A stretch of 64,000 nucleotides of DNA from Pseudomonadota bacterium (GCA_037142195.1 JBAXBA010000008.1:1-64000), one strand, 5' to 3'; positions 1-9,276 are shown, counted from the first letter of the stretch. The notes: generated from the sequence alone by a model not told the origin. Made by a program: numbers and translations.

Positions 1-181
1 CTTGCCAGACAATGCTTTCCTGAGATCTACTTAGTCAAATTTTGCGTAAGATCCGATGGAATGGAGCGGTTTATGACGATTTGGCACAAGTAAATCAGGG
101 TGAGATATGCCAAGGGGATGTGTATTGAGATGAGAAGAAGCAACTTTAGGGCAATAAGAACTGCAACTTATAAAAAAAATT

Positions 182-208
182 TCAGTTTGAAGAGGGTGCC
201 TCCGATGA
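182..208 (+). promoter_or_regulatory. Putative sigma28 (FliA)-type promoter of the cheY-cheX-kinase operon
   Basis: TCAG-N15-TCCGATGA versus consensus TAAA-N15-GCCGATAA, 65 nt before the cheY ATG. Confidence 0.5.
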
Positions 209-273
209 TCGATTTCACAAATTGACTAACGCCTTTTTGTACACTTAACCGGTTTCAATGGAAAGGATCTATC

Positions 274-642
274 ATGGGAAAGAAGATTTTAATTGTGGAT
301 GATTCCAAGACAATTCGCCAGCAAGTTAGCTTTACTTTGGGAAAGGGTGGATTCGAGGTCGTTGAGGCTGAAGATGGCAAGGACGGCATTGAAAAACTGA
401 AAGCCAATACGGATGTTGCACTCATTATCAGTGATGTGAACATGCCCAATATGAATGGCCTTGAAATGATAGAAGCCATTAAAGTTGCAGGTTCATATAC
501 CCATATCAATATCATTATGCTTACAACAGAGGGCACTCCTGAACTGATCGAGCGCGCCAAGGCAGCTGGTGCTAAAGGCTGGCTTGTCAAGCCGTTTAAA
601 CCAGAGCAGCTTGTTGCAGCTGCAACCAAGCTTGCTGGCTAG
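274..642 (+). CDS. cheY: CheY-like single-domain response regulator
   Basis: 122 aa receiver domain: ILIVDDS, phospho-Asp in IISDVNMPNMNG, MLTTEG, WLVKPF. Confidence 0.92.
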   Translation: MGKKILIVDDSKTIRQQVSFTLGKGGFEVVEAEDGKDGIEKLKANTDVALIISDVNMPNMNGLEMIEAIKVAGSYTHINIIMLTTEGTPELIERAKAAGAKGWLVKPFKPEQLVAAATKLAG

Positions 643-674
643 ACTAATTAAACTTTAAGGATCGTGGAGAGTTC

Positions 675-1229
675 ATGTCTGATCAAAATAAAAATATTTT
701 AATCAAAGTTATTAAGCATTCCATTGAGGGTTTTATCGAATCCACTGGAACTTCTAGCTATAAATTCCTAGATTCTCCTGAAGTGCGTAGGGAGGCAGTA
801 GATGTTCATTTTGCTTCGGTCATTGGATTTAGCAGTAGCTTCTTTAAGGGATCGCTAGTCGCAATTTGTGAGTCTGATTTCTTGGATAAGACTCATCCCA
901 ACCACCAAATGGGCATGCCCGTAGGTCCCGATGAGATTGCTGATTGGAGTGGCGAGATTTCTAATCAGCTCCTGGGAAGGGTAAAGAATATTCTTTCCGC
1001 CAATGACGTGAAGTTTGATATGGGCACCCCTACAACGGTAAGCGGTAAAACCATGCAGCTTTCAGAGCCCAAAGAAGGGATTCTGCTTAAGTTGACGTTT
1101 GCAGGTGAACATGGGCCGCTTGATGTTTTCTTTCAGGCCGTGATGGATAAGAATCTCATCATAAAAGAAATCGACTTAGATAAACAGTCTGATGCATCTG
1201 CAGCTGAGGGCGATTCCATACTGTTCTAG
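675..1229 (+). CDS. cheX: CheX-family chemotaxis phosphatase
   Basis: SVIGFS..FKGSL, the E-x-x-N motif in DWSGEISNQLLG, MGTPTTVSG; lies between cheY and the kinase. Confidence 0.8.
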   Translation: MSDQNKNILIKVIKHSIEGFIESTGTSSYKFLDSPEVRREAVDVHFASVIGFSSSFFKGSLVAICESDFLDKTHPNHQMGMPVGPDEIADWSGEISNQLLGRVKNILSANDVKFDMGTPTTVSGKTMQLSEPKEGILLKLTFAGEHGPLDVFFQAVMDKNLIIKEIDLDKQSDASAAEGDSILF

Positions 1230-1272
1230 TGTGGCTTCGTTTCATTTGATTTAGTATAAAGGGGAAATAAAG

Positions 1273-3969
1273 TTGAAAAATTTTAACTTCAATCGCATTA
1301 GCTTAAAGCTACTCGCTGTGTGTCTTTTGTTTTCCATGCCGATCGCTTATTTGCTATATTCTGTGGTCGACGCAAGAAAAAAAGATATAGATTTTGCGAC
1401 TTGGGAAATCAAAGGAAACAGTCTTCAACGCCCATTGGAAAACATGCTTCGTCAGGCGTCCTACCATCGTTGGATATCGCAACGCATTCTGCAAGGGGAA
1501 ACTAATCTTGAAGGCAAAATAACTGCCATTGAGAACGCAGGTGATAAAGAGTTGAAAAACATAGCGAAATCATTGGACCTAGTAGGCGAAGATTTACAAT
1601 TTACATCAGAAGGCTTGGGTAAAAGAAAGCGTGAAGAATTCACGGGAGATAAACTAGCAGAAAAATGGGAAAATCTCAAAGCTGATAAGGAAGGTCACTC
1701 TCTTGAAGAATCTGATAAAGCTCATTTAGAAATTATTAATCATATTAAGACCATGATCGTACATGCTGGGGATACCTCAAATCTGATCCTTGACCCGGAT
1801 CTCGACAGCTATTACCTTATGGATGTAACACTTCTGGCTCTTCCTTCCATTCAAGATCGCCTTCAAAATATCGCTTCGTTTGTCGAACGAATGTATAAAC
1901 AAGGCAGCATGAGCCAAGACGAACGAATCCAAGCCAGTGTCTTTTCAGCATACCTCAAAGAAGTTGATTTGGACCGAATCAATGCCAGTTCCCAGACCTC
2001 ACTCAATGAAGATCAAAACTTTTACGGTGTGAGCGAATCCCTGCAAAAGAATCTTGCTGAGGGAATGAAAACAAATACAGCCGCCATTGAACCTGTAGTT
2101 GCACTAGTAAAACAATTTTCTGCTATCAAAGACTTTCGATCTTTTGATATTCGCAATTTCAGGGTAGTTCATACAGCCGCTATGGAGTCGACATATAAGT
2201 TCCACGATATGGCATTTAATGAGTTAGACAAACTTCTTCAGGTTAGAACGGCAACTTTTCGAGCGCAGATTCAGCAGAACTTGTGGGGAGCAGCAGCCTT
2301 CCTAGCCATTTCTTCGCTTCTAGCCTTCTTTATGGTAAGAAGTATTGTCATGAGGGTAAGGCATTTCATGACCGTAACGAAGAGGATTTCTGATGGCGAT
2401 CTCCATGCCAGAGTGAAAATGTCAAGCAGAGACGAAATCGGCGAACTTGCTCGCTCGTTCGATGGGATGACGAGTCACATTCAGACCCTTAACGCCGATA
2501 TCGAAGCCAAAAATGAAGAGTTGAAGGGGATCAATCAAAATCTAGAGGGTATCGTCGCTGAAAGAACGGCTACGATCAAAACCATTCTTGATAATGTTAA
2601 GTTTGGATTCTTACTCGTAGATAAGTCTCTCAATGTTCAGGAAGGCTATAGCCATAGCTGCGTTGATCTGCTAGGTTCTCATTTAAATGCTGGAATGCCG
2701 TTTGTAAATGCGGTAGGCCTTGGTCATACGAGAAATGCAAATCTCGTTCAAGAATTTTTAAAGCAAGCCTTTGATGACTTTCTTCCAGAGGAAATGACCC
2801 TGCACCAGATTCCTCATCGAGTTCAAATTGGCGAGAAAATCCTTTCGCTTATCGCGACATTAGTAAGAGGACCGCATCACGAAGTGTCATCTATCTTATT
2901 TACGATTGTGGATAGCACTAACTTGGAAAAAGTTGAAAAAGAAAATGAGCGCCATAAGGTCTTGGTAAGGCTTCTTAAGGAAGTCGATTCCTTTAAGGAT
3001 TTCCTCGAAGACACCAGACGTCGTCTAGAGCAATCAAGACAAGCTATTGCTTCACAGGACGACGGCAAGCTTCGCGCAGAGCTTCATACCCTCAAAGGGA
3101 ATTCTGCCGCATTTGATTTGGTGGACATTGCAAAACTGATTCACGATATTGAAGATATAAAGGATATTTCTCTTCCCGATATTGACCGAATTGAAGCTTT
3201 TTTTGTCGGGTTTTTAGATCACAATTTCGACGTTCTTGGTGTTTCTTGGAGAGATGACTCTCGTGATCTTTATGCTGTAAGCCGGACCGATCTTGACTCT
3301 ATTGTCGAACGAGTTCAGATATCTCTAGGTGCGGATCATTTGGCGACGGAAGAACTTGCACAGTGGGCGAATTCGGTTCAATACAAACCAGCTCGAACTT
3401 TAGTTGGGGCCTTGCCTGAGTATGGCGAACGGTTGGCGACTCGCCTGGGCAAAAGCTGTAAGATTCGATTGGAGGGAGGCGAGGTTCGCATGGATCCAGA
3501 AATCATGCGTCCCATCATTCAGTCGTTAGTTCACTTGGTTCGTAACTCCATTGACCATGGCATTGAATTCCCCCATGAGCGTCATGGTAAGCCAGAAGAA
3601 GGGACGATTTCTATTTCCTGCTTAGATACCTCCTCCCATTGGAAGGTCGTCATTCGTGACGATGGAAAAGGAATTAATGTCCAAGCGGTTGTGGCAAAAG
3701 CTTTGAATAATGGCCTGATTACAGAGCGGGATGTCCTGAAGATGAGTGAAAATGAAAAATGTCGTCTCATTTTCTTAGCGGGACTTTCAACAGCCGATCA
3801 CGTTTCTGATATTTCAGGACGTGGTGTGGGAATGAATGCTATAGAAGCCTCTGTTAAAGATGCAGATGGATTATTAGAAATCACATCGGAAAAAGGCAAG
3901 GGTGCGGTAGTTACTCTATCTGTACCAAAAGATCGTAACGCATTGAAGAAATCTGGTAAGGCAGCATAA
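1273..3969 (+). CDS. Membrane-bound CheA-like histidine kinase (TM-periplasmic sensor-TM-HAMP-PAS-like-HPt-HATPase, no CheW domain)
   Basis: Two TM segments; HAMP (GDLHARV..SRDEIGELARSFDGM); HPt LHTLKGNS; CheA-type VHLVRNSIDHGIE, DDGKGI and GLST..SGRGVGM; protein ends right after the ATPase domain. Confidence 0.85.
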   Translation: MKNFNFNRISLKLLAVCLLFSMPIAYLLYSVVDARKKDIDFATWEIKGNSLQRPLENMLRQASYHRWISQRILQGETNLEGKITAIENAGDKELKNIAKSLDLVGEDLQFTSEGLGKRKREEFTGDKLAEKWENLKADKEGHSLEESDKAHLEIINHIKTMIVHAGDTSNLILDPDLDSYYLMDVTLLALPSIQDRLQNIASFVERMYKQGSMSQDERIQASVFSAYLKEVDLDRINASSQTSLNEDQNFYGVSESLQKNLAEGMKTNTAAIEPVVALVKQFSAIKDFRSFDIRNFRVVHTAAMESTYKFHDMAFNELDKLLQVRTATFRAQIQQNLWGAAAFLAISSLLAFFMVRSIVMRVRHFMTVTKRISDGDLHARVKMSSRDEIGELARSFDGMTSHIQTLNADIEAKNEELKGINQNLEGIVAERTATIKTILDNVKFGFLLVDKSLNVQEGYSHSCVDLLGSHLNAGMPFVNAVGLGHTRNANLVQEFLKQAFDDFLPEEMTLHQIPHRVQIGEKILSLIATLVRGPHHEVSSILFTIVDSTNLEKVEKENERHKVLVRLLKEVDSFKDFLEDTRRRLEQSRQAIASQDDGKLRAELHTLKGNSAAFDLVDIAKLIHDIEDIKDISLPDIDRIEAFFVGFLDHNFDVLGVSWRDDSRDLYAVSRTDLDSIVERVQISLGADHLATEELAQWANSVQYKPARTLVGALPEYGERLATRLGKSCKIRLEGGEVRMDPEIMRPIIQSLVHLVRNSIDHGIEFPHERHGKPEEGTISISCLDTSSHWKVVIRDDGKGINVQAVVAKALNNGLITERDVLKMSENEKCRLIFLAGLSTADHVSDISGRGVGMNAIEASVKDADGLLEITSEKGKGAVVTLSVPKDRNALKKSGKAA

Positions 3970-4088
3970 TGCCATCTGAATTTAGGCTTGGTTAAGGTGA
4001 GATTCAAGGTGCGAGTCCCATAGGCATGATCTTTAAATCTGTTGGTTAAGAAACCCAGGAAAAAGACCGCTCTCAATTTGTAAAACTC

Positions 4089-4131
4089 TTTGGGCTTACC
4101 AGTACCCCGCAAGGGTATTGGTAAGCCCAAA
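4089..4131. terminator. 19-bp stem-loop between convergent genes
   Basis: TTTGGGCTTACCAGTACCC-CGCAA-GGGTATTGGTAAGCCCAAA with one G.T pair; no clear U-tract. Confidence 0.55.
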
Positions 4132-4216
4132 AAATCTAATGACTAAAATGAGATCTAACTTTTTGACTTGCATGTCCTTTTTCTTGGAAAAAAGGGCTCC
4201 AATCCCACAGAAAAGC

Positions 4217-4248
4217 AAAAAAAGAAGTTCTGCTTTTTAGGGCAGAAC
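4217..4248 (-). terminator. Probable intrinsic terminator of the HiPIP gene
   Basis: GTTCTGC/GCAGAAC stem with an A-tract on its left (U-tract on the minus strand). Confidence 0.5.
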
Positions 4249-4318
4249 ATCTCTTATTAAAAAAGTACTTTTAAAAACGAAAAAGAAATCCACGGGCCTC
4301 ATGATGAGAGGATATGGA

Positions 4319-4645
4319 TTAAGCTTTTTTCGCCCAGCCTGTACACCATCCTGCGGATGTGACCAAGCCGCCAGTAATCATGGAGCATTTGCCTGCTTCT
4401 TTTCCTTCAACTTTACCTACTTTTGTGTAAAGGGCGCAGTTGCCGCAATGCTGGTCTTTGGCAGGAGTGCCTGGCTTATCAGCTCTTGGAGCTTTAGTGG
4501 CATCTCGATTGTATTTTAAAGCCTGAGCAACAGGATCTGTTTCTGCAACGAGCTTAGCAGCTCCTTGGGCAAATAGAGAGTTAGCTACAGTTAGCAGAGG
4601 AGCAGCAAGAGCGGTTCTTAGTATCAATTGACGTCTAGTAAGCAT
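4319..4645 (-). CDS. High-potential iron-sulfur protein (HiPIP), Tat-exported
   Basis: Twin-Arg signal TRRQLI; AQALKY; four Cys in HCGNCALY...GKCSMI...GWCTGW. Confidence 0.9.
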   Translation of the reverse strand: MLTRRQLILRTALAAPLLTVANSLFAQGAAKLVAETDPVAQALKYNRDATKAPRADKPGTPAKDQHCGNCALYTKVGKVEGKEAGKCSMITGGLVTSAGWCTGWAKKA

Positions 4646-4974
4646 GAGTTCTCCTAATCAAAGATCTGATTGCTAATATTGTAGCTGATCTCGGGGCCGC
4701 TCTCAATCATTTTGCCTGCTTTATTGCCGTATTGGGGAGTTGTTTTTAGGATTTATTGCAAGAAAAGGGCGAGTGGCCCGTAAAAAAAGTCTTGTTGATA
4801 ATAAGTCTCATTGCCGGGTCTTCGGTGACTTCCATTTGAAACTCAAAGTTTTGGCATTAAAGGTCAGACTTGATTCCATAACTCGAGGGAAGCAGAGGGA
4901 TCTCCGGTGGGTGCTTCAATGCTGGTTGTTTTGCGGAGAGCGGTATCTGGAGCAGTAATGGCTGCTCCAGGGAG

Positions 4975-5772
4975 CTAGTTTCCTAGCGTGCCAAGCCAAC
5001 TTTGGACCTTCTGCTGGTCGTCGCTACCTGAGCTCTGAGAAAGGGCCGTAGCAACACTTGATATCTTTGAGGCAACCTTGGCTTCATTGGTTTCGGATTG
5101 AGCAGTAATCGAGGCAGCAGCTTGAGCAGCAGATACTATTTGGGAAAGAATGAGTGTCGCCGTAGCGAGGTCTAGGGAGGCAATTTCAGAGGCGTCTAGT
5201 ATGTTATTGCCGTTTGTGTCGGCGACTTTTAGAGATAGAGAGGTCGCTGCCAGTTGAAAGAGAGTAAGTTTTAGAGTGTCTTCTCTAATGTAGAAGCTTG
5301 ACATGGCGACTAAGGCTGCAGTTGCCTTCTGAGCAGAAAGCACGGAGGCTGCGTTGGCCGCTGGTAAAATGGGCCACATGGCGATAAAAATATTGCTGGA
5401 CTGCCCAGAGGAATCTGAGAGTGATTTTGACTTGAGCATGAGCTCGATAGGGTCTAGTCCGGAAGCTTGAGCCTCTGCAGAAGCCAGAAGAGACGCAAAA
5501 GTTGCTTGCTTAGCAGTGGTGACAAAGGGAGCAAGGGCATCTGAAGCGCCTGTGATTGAGGCGGCATCCAGTGCGTTGTAAGTGTTCGAAAAGTCAGGGC
5601 CAAGCTCGTTCAGCATGAGAGACTTAGCTTTTTCTGGCTGCCCCTCTTCGAGATATTTTGCGGCTCGGTCTGCAGGATCGAGCTTTTGAGGGAAAAGGTT
5701 AAATACGCTGCTTTGGCTCCCACAAGCGCTTAAGAGTAATAGAACCGAGAGTTTTCGAAGATTTTTTTTCAT
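4975..5772 (-). CDS. Hypothetical helical lipoprotein
   Basis: Lipobox LLSAC; Ala/Ser/Leu-rich; EF-hand-like loop DTNGNNILDASE; 14 nt downstream of the barrel gene. Confidence 0.7.
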   Translation of the reverse strand: MKKNLRKLSVLLLLSACGSQSSVFNLFPQKLDPADRAAKYLEEGQPEKAKSLMLNELGPDFSNTYNALDAASITGASDALAPFVTTAKQATFASLLASAEAQASGLDPIELMLKSKSLSDSSGQSSNIFIAMWPILPAANAASVLSAQKATAALVAMSSFYIREDTLKLTLFQLAATSLSLKVADTNGNNILDASEIASLDLATATLILSQIVSAAQAAASITAQSETNEAKVASKISSVATALSQSSGSDDQQKVQSWLGTLGN

Positions 5773-5786
5773 GAGTTATACTCCCC

Positions 5787-6887
5787 CTAAAATCCGGCTG
5801 ATAGACGCAAAAAGAATCTTGTATCCGGTCGCTCGCCCACCTTTGATCCCACTTCTTCTGTGTACCGACCAAAATCCATTCTTAAAATCCTAATGTCCGC
5901 AAAAATCCCAAAAGTGGGATATCCTTGATTGAGTCCTGCAGAAAATCCAATAAAGTCTTTAAGTGAGATCTCACTGCCTAAATGCACTCTCTTAAAAGTG
6001 GGGGATCCATAAGCATTGGTGATATCAAGCCAATCGCCCAGAACTCTCATTTTCGAATCTTTTGTGCCAGGCTCAAAGGCAAAACCGGCATTTATCGTAC
6101 GCTTTCCATCTTTCAAGGCGCGATCTTCTTTTTTCAGGGTGGTTGCTTTACTGGGGATATAGGCCGTGGCCAAAGCATCCTTTACGGTCAGCCCCAGGGA
6201 GGTATTCATTTTGTCACCGAGTTTAAAGGCATAGCCAAGATCAATGGGGATACCACGGCCCGCCATAACATAGCGCCCCGCATCATCGCCACTAAGGCCT
6301 TTCAAGTTTTCACCGTCAGTGGCGTTGACTTCCACATCCACCTGATTTTTGGTTTCATAGCGAGCGGTCATGCCGACGCTGTGATCTTTTGCAAAGTCTT
6401 GAGCAACCGTAAAGGCGAGCCCAGCAGACGTAACGGAGTCAATGGCGACGGATTCAAGCCCCCTAGAACTAGCAGATTTAAAAATCATGGCTTGGTTTGA
6501 AGAAGTTAAATAAGTGGATATGGCGGCTCGCCTTAAAATCAAACTTGGGCCAAGGACATGGGCTCCTATATGCTGGGGAACGCCAATAGATTTGCGAAGT
6601 GTATCTATTGAGTCAGATTCTTGGAGAGAAATTTCCCTAATAGCATCCCTGGTGGCCATGGATAGATCTAGTCCGATGGAGCCCAATATAAGCTTCTTAT
6701 AAATTCCCGTTCCAAATCCAATAAGGGCTGGATTGTAAAAAGGGGCATCTTCATCTCGCGAGGAAGCGATGCCTGTGTCGCCGCGCCCAAGGGCAGCAGG
6801 AGACCTGTAGCGATTGTATTCAAACTCAGACCCATAGGTAACGGCAGCAGTTAGGCTCACAAGGAGAATTCCAATAATCTTTACCAT
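5787..6887 (-). CDS. Outer-membrane beta-barrel protein (FadL/TraF-like superfamily)
   Basis: Signal peptide; N-terminal plug-like motif RSPAALGRGDTGIA..DEDAPFYNPA; amphipathic strands; C-terminal Phe (RLSAGF). Confidence 0.7.
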   Translation of the reverse strand: MVKIIGILLVSLTAAVTYGSEFEYNRYRSPAALGRGDTGIASSRDEDAPFYNPALIGFGTGIYKKLILGSIGLDLSMATRDAIREISLQESDSIDTLRKSIGVPQHIGAHVLGPSLILRRAAISTYLTSSNQAMIFKSASSRGLESVAIDSVTSAGLAFTVAQDFAKDHSVGMTARYETKNQVDVEVNATDGENLKGLSGDDAGRYVMAGRGIPIDLGYAFKLGDKMNTSLGLTVKDALATAYIPSKATTLKKEDRALKDGKRTINAGFAFEPGTKDSKMRVLGDWLDITNAYGSPTFKRVHLGSEISLKDFIGFSAGLNQGYPTFGIFADIRILRMDFGRYTEEVGSKVGERPDTRFFLRLSAGF

Positions 6888-6926
6888 TTTTGCCTCTCTG
6901 TTCTAGGTCTTTCACCTATGTATATC

Positions 6927-6953
6927 CCTTCGGCAGATGGTCCTAAAAGTTTA
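6927..6953 (-). promoter_or_regulatory. Putative sigma28-type promoter
   Basis: Minus strand TAAA-N15-GCCGAAGG, 40 nt upstream of the barrel start. Confidence 0.6.
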
Positions 6954-7122
6954 AGGTAGCATGGGTTTGGAGGGCTCTTAAGCCATGAGCGGGTGGGTAA
7001 TATTGCCTATTTTGGGGGCTTTCTTCTCAAACTTCTGAGGAGTTACGGCGAGGTGGATTGTCACTAGAAAACCCAGCTTTTTGAGTTTTTTCCACTTACA
7101 TAGGTTTATGATCCTTGCGCCA

Positions 7123-7187
7123 TTCTCTGAGTTCGTTCTCTGAGCTCGTTCTCTGAGCTCGTTCTCTGAGCTCGTTCTCTGAGCCTG
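7123..7187. repeat. 13-bp tandem repeat x5
   Basis: TTCTCTGAGCTCG unit: three exact copies plus two variant end copies. Confidence 0.9.
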
Positions 7188-7372
7188 TTCTTAAGGGAAT
7201 TCTAGAGACTCTAAAATCATAGCTAGAAAATTGGTTCGGCATTTTTTCGGATCGGACAGAGCTCGAATGCAAGATCCTCGCTTTCAGCAAGCGTCACAAC
7301 TTTATCTGCTGATTTGCTCTCTTTCAAAGGAATGGACGATGGAAATGGTTTAGCTCTCTACATGCTAGAGCT

Positions 7373-7418
7373 TGGCCATAGAGGCTCTCAGGTGGCCATA
7401 GAGGCTCTCAGGTGGCCA
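7373..7418. repeat. 20-bp tandem repeat x2.3
   Basis: TGGCCATAGAGGCTCTCAGG twice, then TGGCCA. Confidence 0.85.
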
Positions 7419-7466
7419 GAGGAGCGTGGTAAATTTGTCTCTAGGAAAGAGTGAAGAAGTTCAAGG

Positions 7467-7512
7467 TTTTTGCCCGCTAAGGAACCGTACTTAGTTCGCT
7501 TAGGGGCAAAAA
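7467..7512. terminator. Imperfect hairpin downstream of the small lipoprotein gene
   Basis: TTTTTGCCC-g-CTAAG-GAAC...GTTC-g-CTTAG-GGGCAAAAA. Confidence 0.5.
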
Positions 7513-7648
7513 TAGGGATTTATGCGATCTCATTTTTCATGGCCAGAACTCACGACAAGTAATGAAATTCTTTGAAAGAAAACATTTGCCGGAGTTTTGG
7601 GGTCCATTCTAGTTCTAGGCGTTACTTGCAACTGTAGTGAATGAGAAT

Positions 7649-8041
7649 CTAGTTCGCCAATTTAACCAGGCACTTATGGCCATTGCGCTTTGCTGCTTGT
7701 ACCAATACATCTTTTTGCCACTTTTCTACGGATTCATAGCTTCTTGTGCCCTTCCTGCCGCCTTCTATTTGAATATCAAACAAATCAGGTCCGCATGCGA
7801 TTTGAAAATTGATGCTTCTTAACTCGCTAGCTCGAGCAAAATTATTGGCGATATCTTCACAGCGCTTGACATTTTCTGCGCCCACTTCCCCAATAGAACA
7901 TTGCATTTCATCGCCTTCTCTTAAAAGAGAAGTGTGACTTATGGAGGAGGCCGTTAAAGTCTCTGAATTTGAATCTTCACGATTCTGTTTACAACCGCCT
8001 AAATATGCGCCCACACAAATGATAGAAATCCACTTAAGCAT
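7649..8041 (-). CDS. Small hypothetical lipoprotein
   Basis: MLKWISIICVGAYLGGC lipobox; GGAG RBS; four further Cys. Confidence 0.65.
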   Translation of the reverse strand: MLKWISIICVGAYLGGCKQNREDSNSETLTASSISHTSLLREGDEMQCSIGEVGAENVKRCEDIANNFARASELRSINFQIACGPDLFDIQIEGGRKGTRSYESVEKWQKDVLVQAAKRNGHKCLVKLAN

Positions 8042-8415
8042 CTAAAACTCCAAAATGAATAAAGAAAGTTATACACAATTTTAACCTCTTCATAGAAAAG
8101 CACAAAGTTTTATTTGAGAGAGAGTCATAAGTATCGCAGGACTATATGGTAATATATTACAGATGTCGCATGTGGGAAGATTCTTCTCGCCAAAAGACCT
8201 ATGGTCCACTATAGCAACCTAAATAGGATCATTTAATCTTCGCTGGGAGTGGTTTAGAGCCGTGAAGAAGCCTTACCAATATGTCTTAATATGTTTTCCC
8301 ACACTTATCTGTGCCCTGGCCCCATCCATTAACTTGCTAGGACTGCTTTTTTAAATGAGACCCCCTTCGTAAAGTAGCGCTTTAATATCGAGATGTCTTA
8401 TAAATGGAGGTGGTA

Positions 8416-9186
8416 ATGAAATTTATAATAAGTTTGTTAGGAATCATTTTATTCTCTTGTACCACCAGAAAGACAAGCTCAAATAATGGAGAACTTGCGA
8501 TCAAGGTGGTTGAGCAAAACTCGACAGAAGACATTAAGTCTCGAATCATCAAAAGAAATGTTTCAAAAGCCTCCGGTTTAGATCCAGAAAGTGAGAAAAC
8601 GTGCTCATTCATAATTGTAAATACTGTGGCATCACCGCCTGTAAGACACAATCTAGAGGCTTCTTTTAGTTCGGGACAGGTGTTTAAGCAGGATCTTAGC
8701 CAAAAAGCTTTAAAAGATGAGGGAAACCGGATTGTGTTTCTCGAGCCAGAAGCCAAAATTGGTTTTGGGCTGCGCTTTGAAATGGAGTATGCAGAAGATG
8801 CCTCTATTTCCGCCATTAGGCTTTTTAAAGATAAGGTTTTAGAAGAGGAATGCGAGTTTAGAAATTTAACGGAAAAGCCAGTTTCCGATAGTTATTTAAT
8901 TGGCAGCCAAAGTTGGGAGAGCGTTTTCAGTGAAGAGGCAGGTGTGGATGGATATTTCTGTAAAATCAAGCCAGAAAACAATCTGTGCGGACCAGAAGTT
9001 TGTAAAGACTGGCTGCAGATTGAAAGCGTAGGTTCGGTGCGAGCCGAGGGATATGTATGCTCGTATGATCCAGAGCAGAAGGTCACTCCTTATGTAGGGG
9101 CAGAGAAGCACTGTCAAACCTGGGTCCCTTTAAGAAATGTCCCTTTAGGAATCGAAGGGTATTTTTGTAAGACCCTTCGTCCTTAA
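8416..9186 (+). CDS. Hypothetical lipoprotein with C-terminal Cys/Trp repeats
   Basis: GGAGG RBS before MKFIISLLGIILFSC; three W-x10-GY-x-C units. Confidence 0.7.
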   Translation: MKFIISLLGIILFSCTTRKTSSNNGELAIKVVEQNSTEDIKSRIIKRNVSKASGLDPESEKTCSFIIVNTVASPPVRHNLEASFSSGQVFKQDLSQKALKDEGNRIVFLEPEAKIGFGLRFEMEYAEDASISAIRLFKDKVLEEECEFRNLTEKPVSDSYLIGSQSWESVFSEEAGVDGYFCKIKPENNLCGPEVCKDWLQIESVGSVRAEGYVCSYDPEQKVTPYVGAEKHCQTWVPLRNVPLGIEGYFCKTLRP

Positions 9187-9231
9187 CAGGGCTAAAGCCA
9201 AGCAATGGCTCGTTTGCATTTAGGCAGTAGG

Positions 9232-9276
9232 TTCCTATTTCAGGGGCATGAAAGATCCTGAAATAGGAAGTTTTTT
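9232..9276. terminator. Intrinsic terminator between convergent genes
   Basis: TTCCTATTTCAGG...CCTGAAATAGGAA followed by GTTTTTT. Confidence 0.7.

Noticed and set aside
5787..6887. Conjugative element because of TraF-like similarity
   Set aside because: No other tra/T4SS, relaxase or integrase genes; the barrel family is not specific to conjugation
7096..7290. 64-aa ORF with SENELRE repeats
   Set aside because: The peptide repeat is a by-product of the 13-bp DNA repeat; no RBS or recognisable domain
7123..7418. CRISPR array
   Set aside because: Repeats are 13 and 20 bp, directly abutting with no unique spacers; no cas genes in the window
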